NCBI GenBank assembly: GCA_038064675.1
Contig: JBBTSM010000001.1
Location: 40,446 to 104,445, forward strand
Origin: Patescibacteria group bacterium
Lineage (GTDB): Bacteria; Patescibacteriota; Patescibacteriia; UBA9934
Direction of reading: 5' to 3'
DNA length: 64,000 nucleotides
A program made the position numbers and the translations under genes. Positions 1 through 9,965 of the stretch are shown piece after piece. Numbering within the stretch: position 1 is the stretch's first letter; the number at the start of each line of letters is the position of its first letter. The notes under the pieces were generated by a model. It was not told the origin of the DNA. It was given only the letters and a program-made list of their open reading frames with translations, and searched no databases.

Positions 1-831
1 CGTCGCGACACCGGCCCGGCCATGGGGTTCGCTGCCGCCGTTCTTTCGCTTCGCGACGCCGATGAGCCAATGATGTTCATTCCGGCGGATCATTACATTC
101 GCGATGTTGAACGATTTCTTACTGTTCTTCGGACTGCCGATGAGCTGGTTCGTGAGAAAGGTGTGCTCGTAGACATTGCGATTCCGCCAACCTTCCCATC
201 AACAGCGTTGGGATACACAAAGATTGGCACCACGATCGACAACCGCAACGGCGTTGCGATTTTTGCATTCGCCGGGCACACGGAAAAACCGCCGTACGAT
301 ATTGCCAAGAAGTACCTCGAAGACGGTTCGTACTTGTGGCACGCGAATTACTACACCTGGACGCCGGCAAAGTTCTTAGAGGCATTCCAAAAATACGCGC
401 CGGAGATGAGCGAAGGGCTTCTTGCATTGCGCGAAGCGTACGCAGGTGGCGATCTCGACCGCGTCACCGAGATCTACTCGATGCTTCCAGGGAAGTCGTT
501 CGACTACGCCATTGCAGAAAAGATTGATCACGATCAAGTACAGATTCTTCGCGGCGACTTCGGCTGGAGCGACATCGGCACGTGGGACGTTCTGCATGAT
601 CGGCTCTCTGATCAAGGTGGCAACGTCGTAAAGGGGAATGCGATCGTCAAGAATACAAATGGATCATTGGTGTACGCGTCCGGCGATCGTCTTGTTGCCG
701 CCTTCGGCTTGCAGGACGTCGTCATCGTGGACACTCCCGATGCGCTTTTGGTATGCAACAAGCGCTCAGCAGAACAGCTCAAAGACTTGCTTGCCGAGAT
801 TCGGGAGAAGACGGGGGACGTGTACTTGTAA
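1..831 (+). CDS. Mannose-1-phosphate guanylyltransferase (ManC/GDP-mannose pyrophosphorylase), C-terminal part; 5' end truncated by the window edge
   Basis: Reading frame is open to position 1. ManC-like motifs PADHYI..D and FGWSDIGTWDVL are present. The N-terminal GGxGTRL nucleotide-binding motif is absent, so the gene starts upstream of the window. Confidence 0.6.
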   Translation, partial: RRDTGPAMGFAAAVLSLRDADEPMMFIPADHYIRDVERFLTVLRTADELVREKGVLVDIAIPPTFPSTALGYTKIGTTIDNRNGVAIFAFAGHTEKPPYDIAKKYLEDGSYLWHANYYTWTPAKFLEAFQKYAPEMSEGLLALREAYAGGDLDRVTEIYSMLPGKSFDYAIAEKIDHDQVQILRGDFGWSDIGTWDVLHDRLSDQGGNVVKGNAIVKNTNGSLVYASGDRLVAAFGLQDVVIVDTPDALLVCNKRSAEQLKDLLAEIREKTGDVYL

Positions 832-847
832 TCCTGGTTCCAAGATT

Positions 848-890
848 CCCCTCCGTCATTGCGAGGAGGGTAATCCCGACGCGGCAATCT
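848..890 (+). repeat. Short intergenic repeat module (TCCGTCATTGCGAGGAGGGTAATCCCGACGCGGCAATC) beginning 17 nt after a stop codon
   Basis: Near-identical to 2087-2128. Shares the GGGTAATCCCGA(C/T)CGC core with 12609-12630 and 19155-19176. Confidence 0.7.
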
Positions 891-996
891 AGGTTTCTTC
901 AGTCATCCTGAGCGAAGCGAAGGATCTGAGCGTCGATAACCTACGAGAGATGCTTCACTCCGTTCAGCATGACGAAACGGTCTTATCTTCTCCACT

Positions 997-2073
997 ATGC
1001 CAACCTATTCCTGGGAACGCCGATCAATGAATCCATTTAAGGGAAAAGTGCAGCTGCTCGCCATCCTCATCGGTGGCGTCATCATCGTGGTTGGATTCTT
1101 TGCGGCCATGTTCGCTGGCCGAGCGTGGTTTGCGCACCCAGCGCCAGGGTTTGAAGGTGCATCCAACGCGAGTGTTTCTTTGGAGGTAAAGCCTGGTGAC
1201 AACTTCGGCGTCATCGCATCTGAGCTGAAGCAGGACGGCGTCATTGATTCTGCGCTTGCGCTTCGGTTCTACGCGCGCGTTTTTGATTCATCGACTATCT
1301 ATCCGGGAACGTACACGATTCTTCGCGATTCGAGTTATCAGGACATCCTGGCTGTTCTTCATCAGATCGAATCGAACGTCGTCCGCATCACGATCCCAGA
1401 AGGATTCTCGCTTGTCGATATGGGTGTGCGCATTCAGAAGTTCTTGCCGAGCATTACCACCGAAGCATGGAATGCTGCGGTCGGTACCAGCGGAACCGCA
1501 TCGGCAAACGCATTCATCGCGTCGTCGATGAAGCCGGAAGGAGTCGATCTTGAAGGATATCTTTTTCCAGACACGTACGAGTTCTCCAAAGACGCCACGG
1601 CGGATCAGATTGCGAACATCATGATCGATGCCATGAAACGTCATATCGATGATCTCGGTGCCCCTACTGGCGATGCCGTGGGCATGAGCACGCACGAGAT
1701 GCTCACGTTGGCCTCGATTGTAGAAAAGGAAGTTCGCACCGCAGAAACCATGAAGAATGTCGCAGATGTATTTTTGAAGCGCATCGCGATTGGCATGCCG
1801 TTGCAGTCCGATGCAACGATCAATTACATTATCGACGGCGACAATCCAAGCCCGTTGTATTCCGACCTCGAAGTGGAATCCCCGTACAACACATACAAGC
1901 ACGCAGGGCTTCCGCCGGGCCCAATCTCGGCCCCAGGCCTGAACGCCCTCACCGCCGTCTTCCACCCAACGTCGAATGACTACTACTACTTCCTCACCAC
2001 CGACGCTGGCGATATCTACTACGCGAAAACGTACGATCAACATTTAGCAAACAAGGCGAACCACCTCAAATAA
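997..2073 (+). CDS. mltG: Endolytic murein transglycosylase MltG (YceG-like); alternative start at 1027
   Basis: N-terminal TM helix. C-terminal YceG signature GLPPGPISAPG...YYYFLTTDAGDIYYAKTYDQH. Confidence 0.8.
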   Translation: MPTYSWERRSMNPFKGKVQLLAILIGGVIIVVGFFAAMFAGRAWFAHPAPGFEGASNASVSLEVKPGDNFGVIASELKQDGVIDSALALRFYARVFDSSTIYPGTYTILRDSSYQDILAVLHQIESNVVRITIPEGFSLVDMGVRIQKFLPSITTEAWNAAVGTSGTASANAFIASSMKPEGVDLEGYLFPDTYEFSKDATADQIANIMIDAMKRHIDDLGAPTGDAVGMSTHEMLTLASIVEKEVRTAETMKNVADVFLKRIAIGMPLQSDATINYIIDGDNPSPLYSDLEVESPYNTYKHAGLPPGPISAPGLNALTAVFHPTSNDYYYFLTTDAGDIYYAKTYDQHLANKANHLK

Positions 2074-2085
2074 TATCTCTTTCTA

Positions 2086-2185
2086 TTCCGTCATTGCGAG
2101 GAGGGTAATCCCGACGCGGCAATCCAGATGAGCCTAGATTGCCACGTCGAGCGATTACGCTCTCCTCGCAATGACGGAGGTGAAT
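2086..2185 (+). repeat. Long imperfect inverted repeat (about 40-bp arms, loop CAGATGAGCCTAG) built from the same repeat module; hairpin/MITE-like element that probably also terminates mltG
   Basis: Left arm CCGTCATTGCGAGGAGGGTAATCCCGACGCGGCAATC. Right arm is its near reverse complement, GATTGCCACGTCGAGCGATTACGCTCTCCTCGCAATGACGG. Confidence 0.7.
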
Positions 2186-2198
2186 TGAACTCAACTCT

Positions 2199-3116
2199 AT
2201 GTTCACAATGCTCTTCACGATCATCGGTCTCGCAGCCTTCGAAGTGGTTTCCAGTATCGACAACGCCGTCATTAACGCCGAGGTGTTGCAGACCATGAGT
2301 CCCAAAGCGCGACGGTGGTTTCTTATTTGGGGAATGCTCTTCGCCGTTGTTGCGGTTCGTGGCTTGCTCCCGTGGCTGATTGTGTGGGGCGTTATGCCGG
2401 ATCTTGGTCCGATCGGTGCTTTAATGTCGACGATGAGCAGCGATCCGTTGGTGCATCTTGCGGTGGAGAAGGCAGCGCCAGTGTTGTTTGCCGGGGGAGG
2501 CACGTTCTTGTTGTTCCTGTTCTTCCATTGGTTGTTCCTTGAAGAAAAGCACTTCGGCCTTCCGCACGAAAAGTTTTTCGCACGCCAAGGCCTGTGGTTC
2601 TACGCCGTCGTCTCTATTCTCTTGGCATTCATCGTGTGGACGTCACTCTCCATTGAGCCATTCATGGCATTCGGTGCCGTGATTGGATCAACCGCATTCT
2701 TTATTACCCACGGATTCAAAGACAACGCCGAGCGTGCAGAAAAAGAACTCCTCTCCGGCAACACCAAACGCAGCGACATCAGCAAGATTTTATATCTTGA
2801 AGCCATCGACACGACTTTTTCAATCGACGGCGTTCTGGGCGCCTTCGCCTTCACCCTCTCCGTCCCCCTCATCCTCATCGGCAACGGCATCGGCGCCCTG
2901 GTTGTGCGCCAACTCACCGTAAGCAACATCGAAACGATCAAAAAATACATCTACCTCAAAAACGGCGCGATGTACTCATTACTTATCCTGGGCATCATGA
3001 TGATGTGCGAAGCCTTCGGCATCCACCTCCCACAATGGGGAGCTCCATTGGCGACGGTACTGATCCTGGCGGCTGCGGTGGTGAAGAGTAGAAGGAAGAT
3101 GTTGGAAGCTGGGTAA
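2199..3116 (+). CDS. TerC/Alx-family integral membrane protein
   Basis: Multiple TM helices. SIDNAVINAEVL and FSIDGVLGAFAF motifs typical of the TerC family. Confidence 0.6.
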   Translation: MFTMLFTIIGLAAFEVVSSIDNAVINAEVLQTMSPKARRWFLIWGMLFAVVAVRGLLPWLIVWGVMPDLGPIGALMSTMSSDPLVHLAVEKAAPVLFAGGGTFLLFLFFHWLFLEEKHFGLPHEKFFARQGLWFYAVVSILLAFIVWTSLSIEPFMAFGAVIGSTAFFITHGFKDNAERAEKELLSGNTKRSDISKILYLEAIDTTFSIDGVLGAFAFTLSVPLILIGNGIGALVVRQLTVSNIETIKKYIYLKNGAMYSLLILGIMMMCEAFGIHLPQWGAPLATVLILAAAVVKSRRKMLEAG

Positions 3117-3225
3117 AGTTGGTTTTGACGTTTTAACTTATTGGGGATAGTTTTTTCAATTTTCGGCTGATATAGTAAGATCACTGCGCTATTAAAGTGT
3201 TAATTGGGCGTAAGCTTTGGCTCCC

Positions 3226-3984
3226 ATGACTTCTGATTCTATTGAGCTTCTCGGAAAACTTATTCTCGCTTTTCTTGCGTTATTTGGAGGAAAGGAGCTT
3301 TTTAATAAAATAATCTTTCAAAGGATCGAAAAGGGTGAGCGTATTGGTCGAGATAAGGTAGTTAACAATTACTACAATGTCTCGAGAGTCGGAGATCCTG
3401 ATCTGCTGCTAAGCGAATCGTCCGTCCCTTCGCGTGAACCGGTGTCTGGGGATGATGGTGACCTGGTCCCAGGTGCACTGAAAATTTTAGCAGATGCAGA
3501 CGGCTCTATCATTTTAGTATCGAGCGATATTGAAAAAGTGATCGACTTTTTTGAAAGGGTTTTTAAAGAGAACGGAAATTGGAGAAACGGTCACTGTTTG
3601 ATTATGGGCGCACTCTTTGCGCTAATTTCCCAGAGACATCGAAACCTTGAGTGGCAAGAACATTGCGCCAGCTCTCTCCGTGAACTTTTTCATCAGTGGA
3701 AGGGAAGTGAAGGTTTGATTGTTTCTGCTTTTACCAAAATAAGGCCAAAGGGGGCGAATAACTTTCCAACAGCAAAGAATGGTAGGGATCTGTATGCTAG
3801 GATGCGTTGGTACTATGAATTTTTCTCTTCGATATGTCATCATCACCATCCGGACGCTCTAGTGGCATTGAAATCCATTCGAGACGATAGGGAGATAAAA
3901 GATATATCCGACGATTTGTTTAACAAGACAGTGGCAATGTTTTTTTATGAGATGGTAGGATTCATTAGACTTACAGGAGTATGA
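3226..3984 (+). CDS. Hypothetical protein with an N-terminal hydrophobic helix; first gene of the AT-rich island
   Basis: ATG at 3226 (the track start at 3217 is TTG). No recognisable motifs. Its stop overlaps the next gene's start (ATGA at 3981-3984). GC is much lower than the flanks. Confidence 0.5.
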   Translation: MTSDSIELLGKLILAFLALFGGKELFNKIIFQRIEKGERIGRDKVVNNYYNVSRVGDPDLLLSESSVPSREPVSGDDGDLVPGALKILADADGSIILVSSDIEKVIDFFERVFKENGNWRNGHCLIMGALFALISQRHRNLEWQEHCASSLRELFHQWKGSEGLIVSAFTKIRPKGANNFPTAKNGRDLYARMRWYYEFFSSICHHHHPDALVALKSIRDDREIKDISDDLFNKTVAMFFYEMVGFIRLTGV

Positions 3985-6920
3985 AACAATTAGAATTACA
4001 TAACGCGATTGACGGGTTTTTCAGAAGCGATATCAAGCTAGCTAATCTTCAATTTGCGCAAAGTTTATTGCAGAATGAAGACTCGCGGCGTTATTTTTTC
4101 GACCAAGCCAATGAAGTATGGCTTCAATGGCTTTGGGATTTCGGATTTCTTGACGCGATTAAGGGAGGGGCGAATACCGCACCTAGAGGTGTATATCGGC
4201 TTCCCGAACTCGGCTACCTCGAGAAAATTTGTAAGATAAATCCGGTCGGAGTTTCAAAGATCATTGAATCGGTAGAGATTTCCGAAGACAATTGTAGTCC
4301 GGAAGTATTATTGAGTTTTTTAAGGATTATCGGGACTTTTCCGGTTGAACAAATTGTACCGCTCATCGATAAGATTCTATCGGAACGATGGGTTTATTTA
4401 ATGCGAGATTCAGATAGGTCGAGTTACGATTTTGAAGTGATTGTAAAAGTATTAGTGGAAAAGAAAGAGAGCGTTGGTTTGTTAAAGTTATCTCAAGCCC
4501 TTTTGACTTTAAAGGATGAGGACGATATACGAGCAAAAAACGGAGATTTTGGAAGAGACGATTTTTTCTGCGTCAAAGATATTGATGAGTCGGGTATTTT
4601 TAGTGCGCTTATTACTATTGATGAGCATTATTTAACTGCTGCACTTAAAGTTACTACGGATACCATGGCGGCTATCATTAAGATGTCAGAAGCAGATGAA
4701 GGGGGAGTCTTTGAGTATAAGGATGCATTTGGCTTATATGACGTTGATTTTTTTAATCTAGATTTTGAGGGTGGCCATACGGGCTCATATCGCGCGAATG
4801 AAAAAAACTTTGTTACAACTATAAAGGTTCTTGCCGAGAGTGAGATGAACAAGAAATCTACAGGCGACGAAGATAAGAGGTCTGTTCTTGATCTTATAGA
4901 TAATATTCCTTCGAGTCGTCTGGTGTGGAGATTGCGATTATTTGTGCTAGCGCAGCAACCTCTTTTGTTTAAGAGTGAACTTAAAGATTCGTTCTTTAGG
5001 TTGTTTGAAGGTAAAAATGATTACGATATAGAGGGTGGCGCAGAATACAAGCAAGCTTTAAAAATTTGTTTCCCCCTTTTAGACGAAGATGATCAACGGC
5101 TTTATGTTGCGAATGTCATAAATTATTTTGTAAAAAAAGCGAAAGATAATCCAGAACAGAAATGGCACAAACAAACCGGATATGAAATTCTTTCGACCGT
5201 TTTTGTTGATTTAAATGGAGCGGAGAAACAAAAGGCTGCAGAGGTTTTTGGAAAGGAATTAGATGCGGAATATGTTCCGGAGCCGTCAATCGGTCGAATG
5301 AGGTCCGGTACCGTCATATATCAAGCACCAGATGAATTAGAGAAATATACAATTAAAGAAATCATATCGAGATTAAAAACAAATTGGACGCCAGAAAGAT
5401 TATCTGAAGAGTTCAAGAGTGAAGATTATTTCCGGCCTAGAGGAGCCGAGGGGCTTTGCGAGTCTATAAAACAGGATGTAAAGAAGCGTACTGCTGACTA
5501 TCTCAATAATATTGAACTCTTCTTTGATCGTGAGAATATTCATCCTTCGTATATTCACTCATTGCTGCGCGGTATTGAAGAGATGCTCCGTAACGATCAG
5601 AGTCTTAGCTTTGAGCAAATCGAAAATGTATTTGGATTGTTCGGGCTGATAAAGATAAGTGGGGAGAGGGCGCCTTTTAAGGGTAGTGACGATAAGTCCT
5701 GGCTCGCAGATTGGATTGGGGTTCACAGTGTTGCTGTGGATGTTCTTCTTCACATTCTCAGAGATAAGACATACAGGGGGGAAAAGCATGAGGGTTCCCG
5801 TCCTTGGGTTCTTTCATTCCTTTCTTATCTCTTCACCGTTAATGGCAGCCCCTCAAGGGATGACGAAGGCCCTGAATCTAGTGAGCCGTATTCCGTCGCA
5901 ATCAATTCCGTACGAGGCAGGGCGTATGAGGCATTTGTTGTGTTGGTAGAGAACGACGGAAAGACACTAAGGGAAGATGTGAAGCCTGTATATCGAGCGA
6001 TACTTTGTGACGAATCCCTTGCGGTGAGGTTCGTCATTGGTCGCTATCTAGCCTCGTTTTATTTTCGTGACATTGATTTCGTTCGGGGTCTTTTTGCTGA
6101 AATCTTTCCTAAAGATGACTCAGAGAAAAAGGATATTTATCTCGCAAGTTGGGAGGGCTATCTTTCCAACGTTCTATACCAGAAGCTATTTATTGATCTC
6201 GGAAGCTTCTATGATCATGCGATAGCGCTGAGTCCCTCTGAATATACGAAGAGAAAATACTCAACCGGATTGGATGAGGCTCTAGGCGTGCATCTTGCGC
6301 TTGCATTTATCTACTTCGGGTTGGATATTGAAAATGATCCTTTGCTTGTTAAATTTTGGAGCATCGAGAATCCAAAAAGGCATCAGGAGTTTATATCGTT
6401 TATCGGTCGTACATGTTTGACTCAAGATGGTGCCGGGGACAGGTGGTTTAAAGAGAATAAGGTCGATAAAGAAAGACTGATAGCGTTTTGGAGCTGGGCG
6501 GTGGGGCATGTTACTGAGCCTGAAGCCTTGTCTGGTTTCGGTTTCTGGGTGAATCAGGATCACGAGATTCTGGATGACAGTTTTGTTGCAGAGAAGATGG
6601 CGGAGACACTCAAGAAATCAAATGGTGAAATAGATTGGGACTACGGTCTCTTGAGACGATTGCCGGCGCTTGCTGCAAAAAATAGTGATTCGACATTGGA
6701 GATCATTGAACATCTTCTGTTGGGTAACGATGGTAGGCTTAACCCAAATCGGCGTGTTCCATTCTTTAGTCTCGATGGAGAAATAAGAGAATCTCTTGGT
6801 GTAATTTATGACGGCAGTGATGCTGCAATGAAAGTAAGGGTTTCCGATCTGATTAGCAGACTTATTACAGAAGGTAGCAGCATGTTCTGGGGGTTGAAGG
6901 AGGTGATAAAGGAGGCTTAA
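3981..6920 (+). CDS. Large hypothetical protein (979 aa), predicted mostly alpha-helical, no recognisable catalytic motifs
   Basis: Long uninterrupted ORF with an AGGAG RBS at 3975-3979. Translationally coupled to the upstream gene. AT-rich codon usage unlike the surrounding genes. Confidence 0.6.
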   Translation: MKQLELHNAIDGFFRSDIKLANLQFAQSLLQNEDSRRYFFDQANEVWLQWLWDFGFLDAIKGGANTAPRGVYRLPELGYLEKICKINPVGVSKIIESVEISEDNCSPEVLLSFLRIIGTFPVEQIVPLIDKILSERWVYLMRDSDRSSYDFEVIVKVLVEKKESVGLLKLSQALLTLKDEDDIRAKNGDFGRDDFFCVKDIDESGIFSALITIDEHYLTAALKVTTDTMAAIIKMSEADEGGVFEYKDAFGLYDVDFFNLDFEGGHTGSYRANEKNFVTTIKVLAESEMNKKSTGDEDKRSVLDLIDNIPSSRLVWRLRLFVLAQQPLLFKSELKDSFFRLFEGKNDYDIEGGAEYKQALKICFPLLDEDDQRLYVANVINYFVKKAKDNPEQKWHKQTGYEILSTVFVDLNGAEKQKAAEVFGKELDAEYVPEPSIGRMRSGTVIYQAPDELEKYTIKEIISRLKTNWTPERLSEEFKSEDYFRPRGAEGLCESIKQDVKKRTADYLNNIELFFDRENIHPSYIHSLLRGIEEMLRNDQSLSFEQIENVFGLFGLIKISGERAPFKGSDDKSWLADWIGVHSVAVDVLLHILRDKTYRGEKHEGSRPWVLSFLSYLFTVNGSPSRDDEGPESSEPYSVAINSVRGRAYEAFVVLVENDGKTLREDVKPVYRAILCDESLAVRFVIGRYLASFYFRDIDFVRGLFAEIFPKDDSEKKDIYLASWEGYLSNVLYQKLFIDLGSFYDHAIALSPSEYTKRKYSTGLDEALGVHLALAFIYFGLDIENDPLLVKFWSIENPKRHQEFISFIGRTCLTQDGAGDRWFKENKVDKERLIAFWSWAVGHVTEPEALSGFGFWVNQDHEILDDSFVAEKMAETLKKSNGEIDWDYGLLRRLPALAAKNSDSTLEIIEHLLLGNDGRLNPNRRVPFFSLDGEIRESLGVIYDGSDAAMKVRVSDLISRLITEGSSMFWGLKEVIKEA

Positions 6921-7022
6921 TCGGAGGTTAAACCGGTCGCCCCTGCAGAGATGTAGAGCGATCAGTACCTATCCACCTTCCTCCTTGTCACCATACTGAA
7001 TGGGCTACATTATGAGGTATCT

Positions 7023-7379
7023 ATGGAAAGGAATATTGATTTAACGGGGGTCGCTAAGGATATCGTGGCGTTTCGGGATGAGAGAGATTGGAAGCAATTT
7101 CATAATTTGAAGGATTTGGCGATTTCGTTGGTGTTAGAAGCGGGGGAGGTACTTGAGCATTTTCAGTGGAAGAATGCGGAGGAAATGGCTGCACATGTGC
7201 AGTCGCATAAGGAGGATGTGGCGGATGAGCTTTCTGATACGCTGTATTGGATTTTGCTCATGGCAAATGATCTGAATATCGATCTTGTTGCTGCGTTGGA
7301 GAAGAAGATGGAAAAGAATCGCGCGAAGTATCCGGCGGATAAGGCGAAGGGGAACCATAAGAAATACACAGAACTTTAA
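7023..7379 (+). CDS. MazG-like nucleoside triphosphate pyrophosphohydrolase (small all-alpha NTP-PPase, COG1694-like)
   Basis: EAGEVLEHFQWK...ELSDTLYWILLMANDLNIDL matches the metal-binding EExxE/D helix pair of MazG-type NTP-PPases. Confidence 0.75.
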   Translation: MERNIDLTGVAKDIVAFRDERDWKQFHNLKDLAISLVLEAGEVLEHFQWKNAEEMAAHVQSHKEDVADELSDTLYWILLMANDLNIDLVAALEKKMEKNRAKYPADKAKGNHKKYTEL

Positions 7380-7381
7380 AT

Positions 7382-8938
7382 ATGTTAGACATTAAGACTT
7401 TTCCATTTTCAGAAAGCGGCATCCAGCAAATGCGAAAGTCGCCAAATGCAATCGATTGGCCGATTGTGTATTTGATTGAAAACGGGAAGGATTTATATGT
7501 TGGCGAGACAATTCACGCGAGCGCGCGAACAAAGCAGCATCTTGAAAACCCAGAACGTAAAACATTGAAAACGATTCATGTCATTTCTGATGATGAATTT
7601 AATAAATCAGCAACTCTAGATGCAGAATCTTCGCTCATAGAATACTTTGCGGCTGATGGAAAGTATTCTCTTCAGAATGGGAATGGTGGATTACAAAATC
7701 ACGACTATTTTGATCGTGAAAAATACCAAGCAAAGTTTGAGGTTCTTTGGGAGAAGTTGCGAGAAATGCATATTGCGCAACATAGTCTTTTTCATATCCG
7801 TAATACTGATCTTTTTAAATATTCTCCGTACAAAACGCTTACAGATGATCAATACTTCTTGGCAACGTATCTTCTCGCCGATCTGACTGCGGATGTTGAG
7901 CGGAGATATCTTATTCATGGTGGTCCTGGAACGGGGAAAACGATTCTTGCAATCTATATTGTTAAGCAGCTCGTCGAACAAGGAAAAAAGAATGTTGCAC
8001 TGGTCATTGCGATGACTTCGTTGCGGAATACGCTAAAGAAAGTTTTTCGAGCAGTTCCTGGCCTCCGGTCAGACATGGTCATTGGACCAAATGATGTAAC
8101 AAAGCGTCACTACGATACGTTGATTGTTGATGAAGCTCACAGGCTTCGTCGAAGGAGAAATATCCCAAATTATGCATCGTTTGATCAGACCAATAAGCGA
8201 TTTGGATTAGGTACTGAAGGAACAGAATTGGATTGGATTTCTCGTTCCGCAAAACAAGTCATTTTGTTTTTTGATGAAAATCAATCGGTTCGACCGTCAG
8301 ATATTCCTGTTGAAGTTATAAAGAGCTCAGCAGAGACGCATTTCCGTTTAAGCGCACAAATTCGAGTGCAGGGCGGAGAGGAGTACATACATTTTGTTGA
8401 TAATATTCTTGAGGTAAAGCCGGCGGAATATGTGCAGGTCGCAAAATATGATTTTCAAATTTTTGAAGATATTTCTGAGATGATTCGCGAGTTGAAAGAA
8501 AAGGAAAAGATTCACGGTCTTTGTCGATTGGTCGCTGGATATGCTTGGGAGTGGGTTTCTCGGGACGATGCTAAGACGCCGGATATCATAATTGGCAATA
8601 CGAAGCTTTTTTGGAATAGCACAATTCAGGACTGGGTAAACTCTCCAAATGCCATAAATGAAGTTGGATGCATCCACACAATTCAGGGATATGATTTAAA
8701 TTATGCGGGAGTGATCGTTGGACCAGAAGTAACGTTTGACGCATCACGTAATTGTATAGTGATTAAGAAAGAAGAATATCGTGATGCCAACGGGTATCGT
8801 GGAATCGTAGATCAAGAAGAATTAAAGCGATACATCATTAATATTTACAAAACATTATTGACTCGGGGGATTCTGGGAACGTATGTCTATATCGTTGACC
8901 CCGATCTTCGAAGGTACTTTCAATCCACCCTTCGATAA
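7382..8938 (+). CDS. GIY-YIG nuclease domain fused to a DUF2075-type (Schlafen-like) P-loop ATPase/helicase
   Basis: N-terminal VYLIENGKDLYVGET...R..H (GIY-YIG-like). Walker A GGPGTGKT and Walker B LIVDEAHRL. DUF2075-like C-terminal region. Starts 2 nt after the MazG-like stop. Confidence 0.7.
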   Translation: MLDIKTFPFSESGIQQMRKSPNAIDWPIVYLIENGKDLYVGETIHASARTKQHLENPERKTLKTIHVISDDEFNKSATLDAESSLIEYFAADGKYSLQNGNGGLQNHDYFDREKYQAKFEVLWEKLREMHIAQHSLFHIRNTDLFKYSPYKTLTDDQYFLATYLLADLTADVERRYLIHGGPGTGKTILAIYIVKQLVEQGKKNVALVIAMTSLRNTLKKVFRAVPGLRSDMVIGPNDVTKRHYDTLIVDEAHRLRRRRNIPNYASFDQTNKRFGLGTEGTELDWISRSAKQVILFFDENQSVRPSDIPVEVIKSSAETHFRLSAQIRVQGGEEYIHFVDNILEVKPAEYVQVAKYDFQIFEDISEMIRELKEKEKIHGLCRLVAGYAWEWVSRDDAKTPDIIIGNTKLFWNSTIQDWVNSPNAINEVGCIHTIQGYDLNYAGVIVGPEVTFDASRNCIVIKKEEYRDANGYRGIVDQEELKRYIINIYKTLLTRGILGTYVYIVDPDLRRYFQSTLR

Positions 8939-8953
8939 AACTATTTTTTTGAA

Positions 8954-9410
8954 TATGCCCATTGAAACCCCAAAATTGAATCCTGCAGAAGTGAAGGTTC
9001 CTGCTGTTGAGACAGAACCGGGTTCTCGGGTGATAACAATTGCCGTGCACGCAAGGGAGCAGAAAAAGCGAGAGGCGCTTGTGGAGGAAGGTGTTGTGAT
9101 TGTTGAGGAACCGGGAGCGTTGAGCCAGGAATTGGAGGATGCTCGGAGGGATCGTGAGGCGGCGGAAGCGAGGGAGCTTGCTCGGCGGGAAAAGTTTTTT
9201 GCGGATCTTGTTGCAAAGTTTCCGGAGCTGACGGATGTGCAGCGCAATGCGGTGCGTGCAACAATGGAACGGGAGAGCTCGCGAACGTGGTCTAATTATG
9301 ATGGCACGGATACCACGATTAAGCGTATTTCAATCGAGGGTGACGTGTTAACTATCGTGTTTGATATTGAGGAAATGGGTATGCGCATCGACGAAAAAGT
9401 TTGCTTCTAG
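8954..9410 (+). CDS. Hypothetical protein with a charged, coiled-coil-like middle region
   Basis: ORF with ATG at 8954. Its stop TAG is directly followed by the ATG of the next gene. Confidence 0.45.
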
Positions 9411-9965
9411 ATGCTTCACGCCGAGCATATCCCGTACGTTCTTCGTCGCAAGCGCTTTTCGCGGGTGCTGCGGTTTGCGGTACATGCGGATGGACGGTTG
9501 GTGGTTACAGCACCAGTTCTCATCGGGAAGCGCACCATCGAAAAGATGATTGCGGAGAAGAGGGAATGGATTTTGGAGAAACTCGAGATTGCAAGAAAGA
9601 ACGCGAAGCCGGTGGCGCCGAAGAGGACGAAGAAGGAGATCGCCGATGATAAAGATCGCGCATTGGCGTTGATTCGAGATCGGATCGAGCATTTCAACCT
9701 TGTGTATCGATTATCGTGGAAACGGATTGCAATACGGAATCAGAAGACGAGATGGGGGAGTTGTTCGCGGAAGGGGAATTTGAATTTCAATTATAAGATT
9801 GCATTGTTGCCGCCGCATCTTGCGGACTACATCATCGTTCACGAACTCTGCCACTTGGCGCAGATGAATCATTCGAAAAAGTTTTGGGAACTGGTTGCGC
9901 AGACCATTCCAGATTGGCGAGGTCGGCGAAATGAGATTCGGGAGCACGAGATTCGATTGCGATGA
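9411..9965 (+). CDS. DUF45/YgjP-family (SprT/WLM-like) zinc metallohydrolase
   Basis: HExxH motif IIVHELCHLAQMNHS near the C-terminus. The family is typically about 180 aa. Confidence 0.7.
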   Translation: MLHAEHIPYVLRRKRFSRVLRFAVHADGRLVVTAPVLIGKRTIEKMIAEKREWILEKLEIARKNAKPVAPKRTKKEIADDKDRALALIRDRIEHFNLVYRLSWKRIAIRNQKTRWGSCSRKGNLNFNYKIALLPPHLADYIIVHELCHLAQMNHSKKFWELVAQTIPDWRGRRNEIREHEIRLR

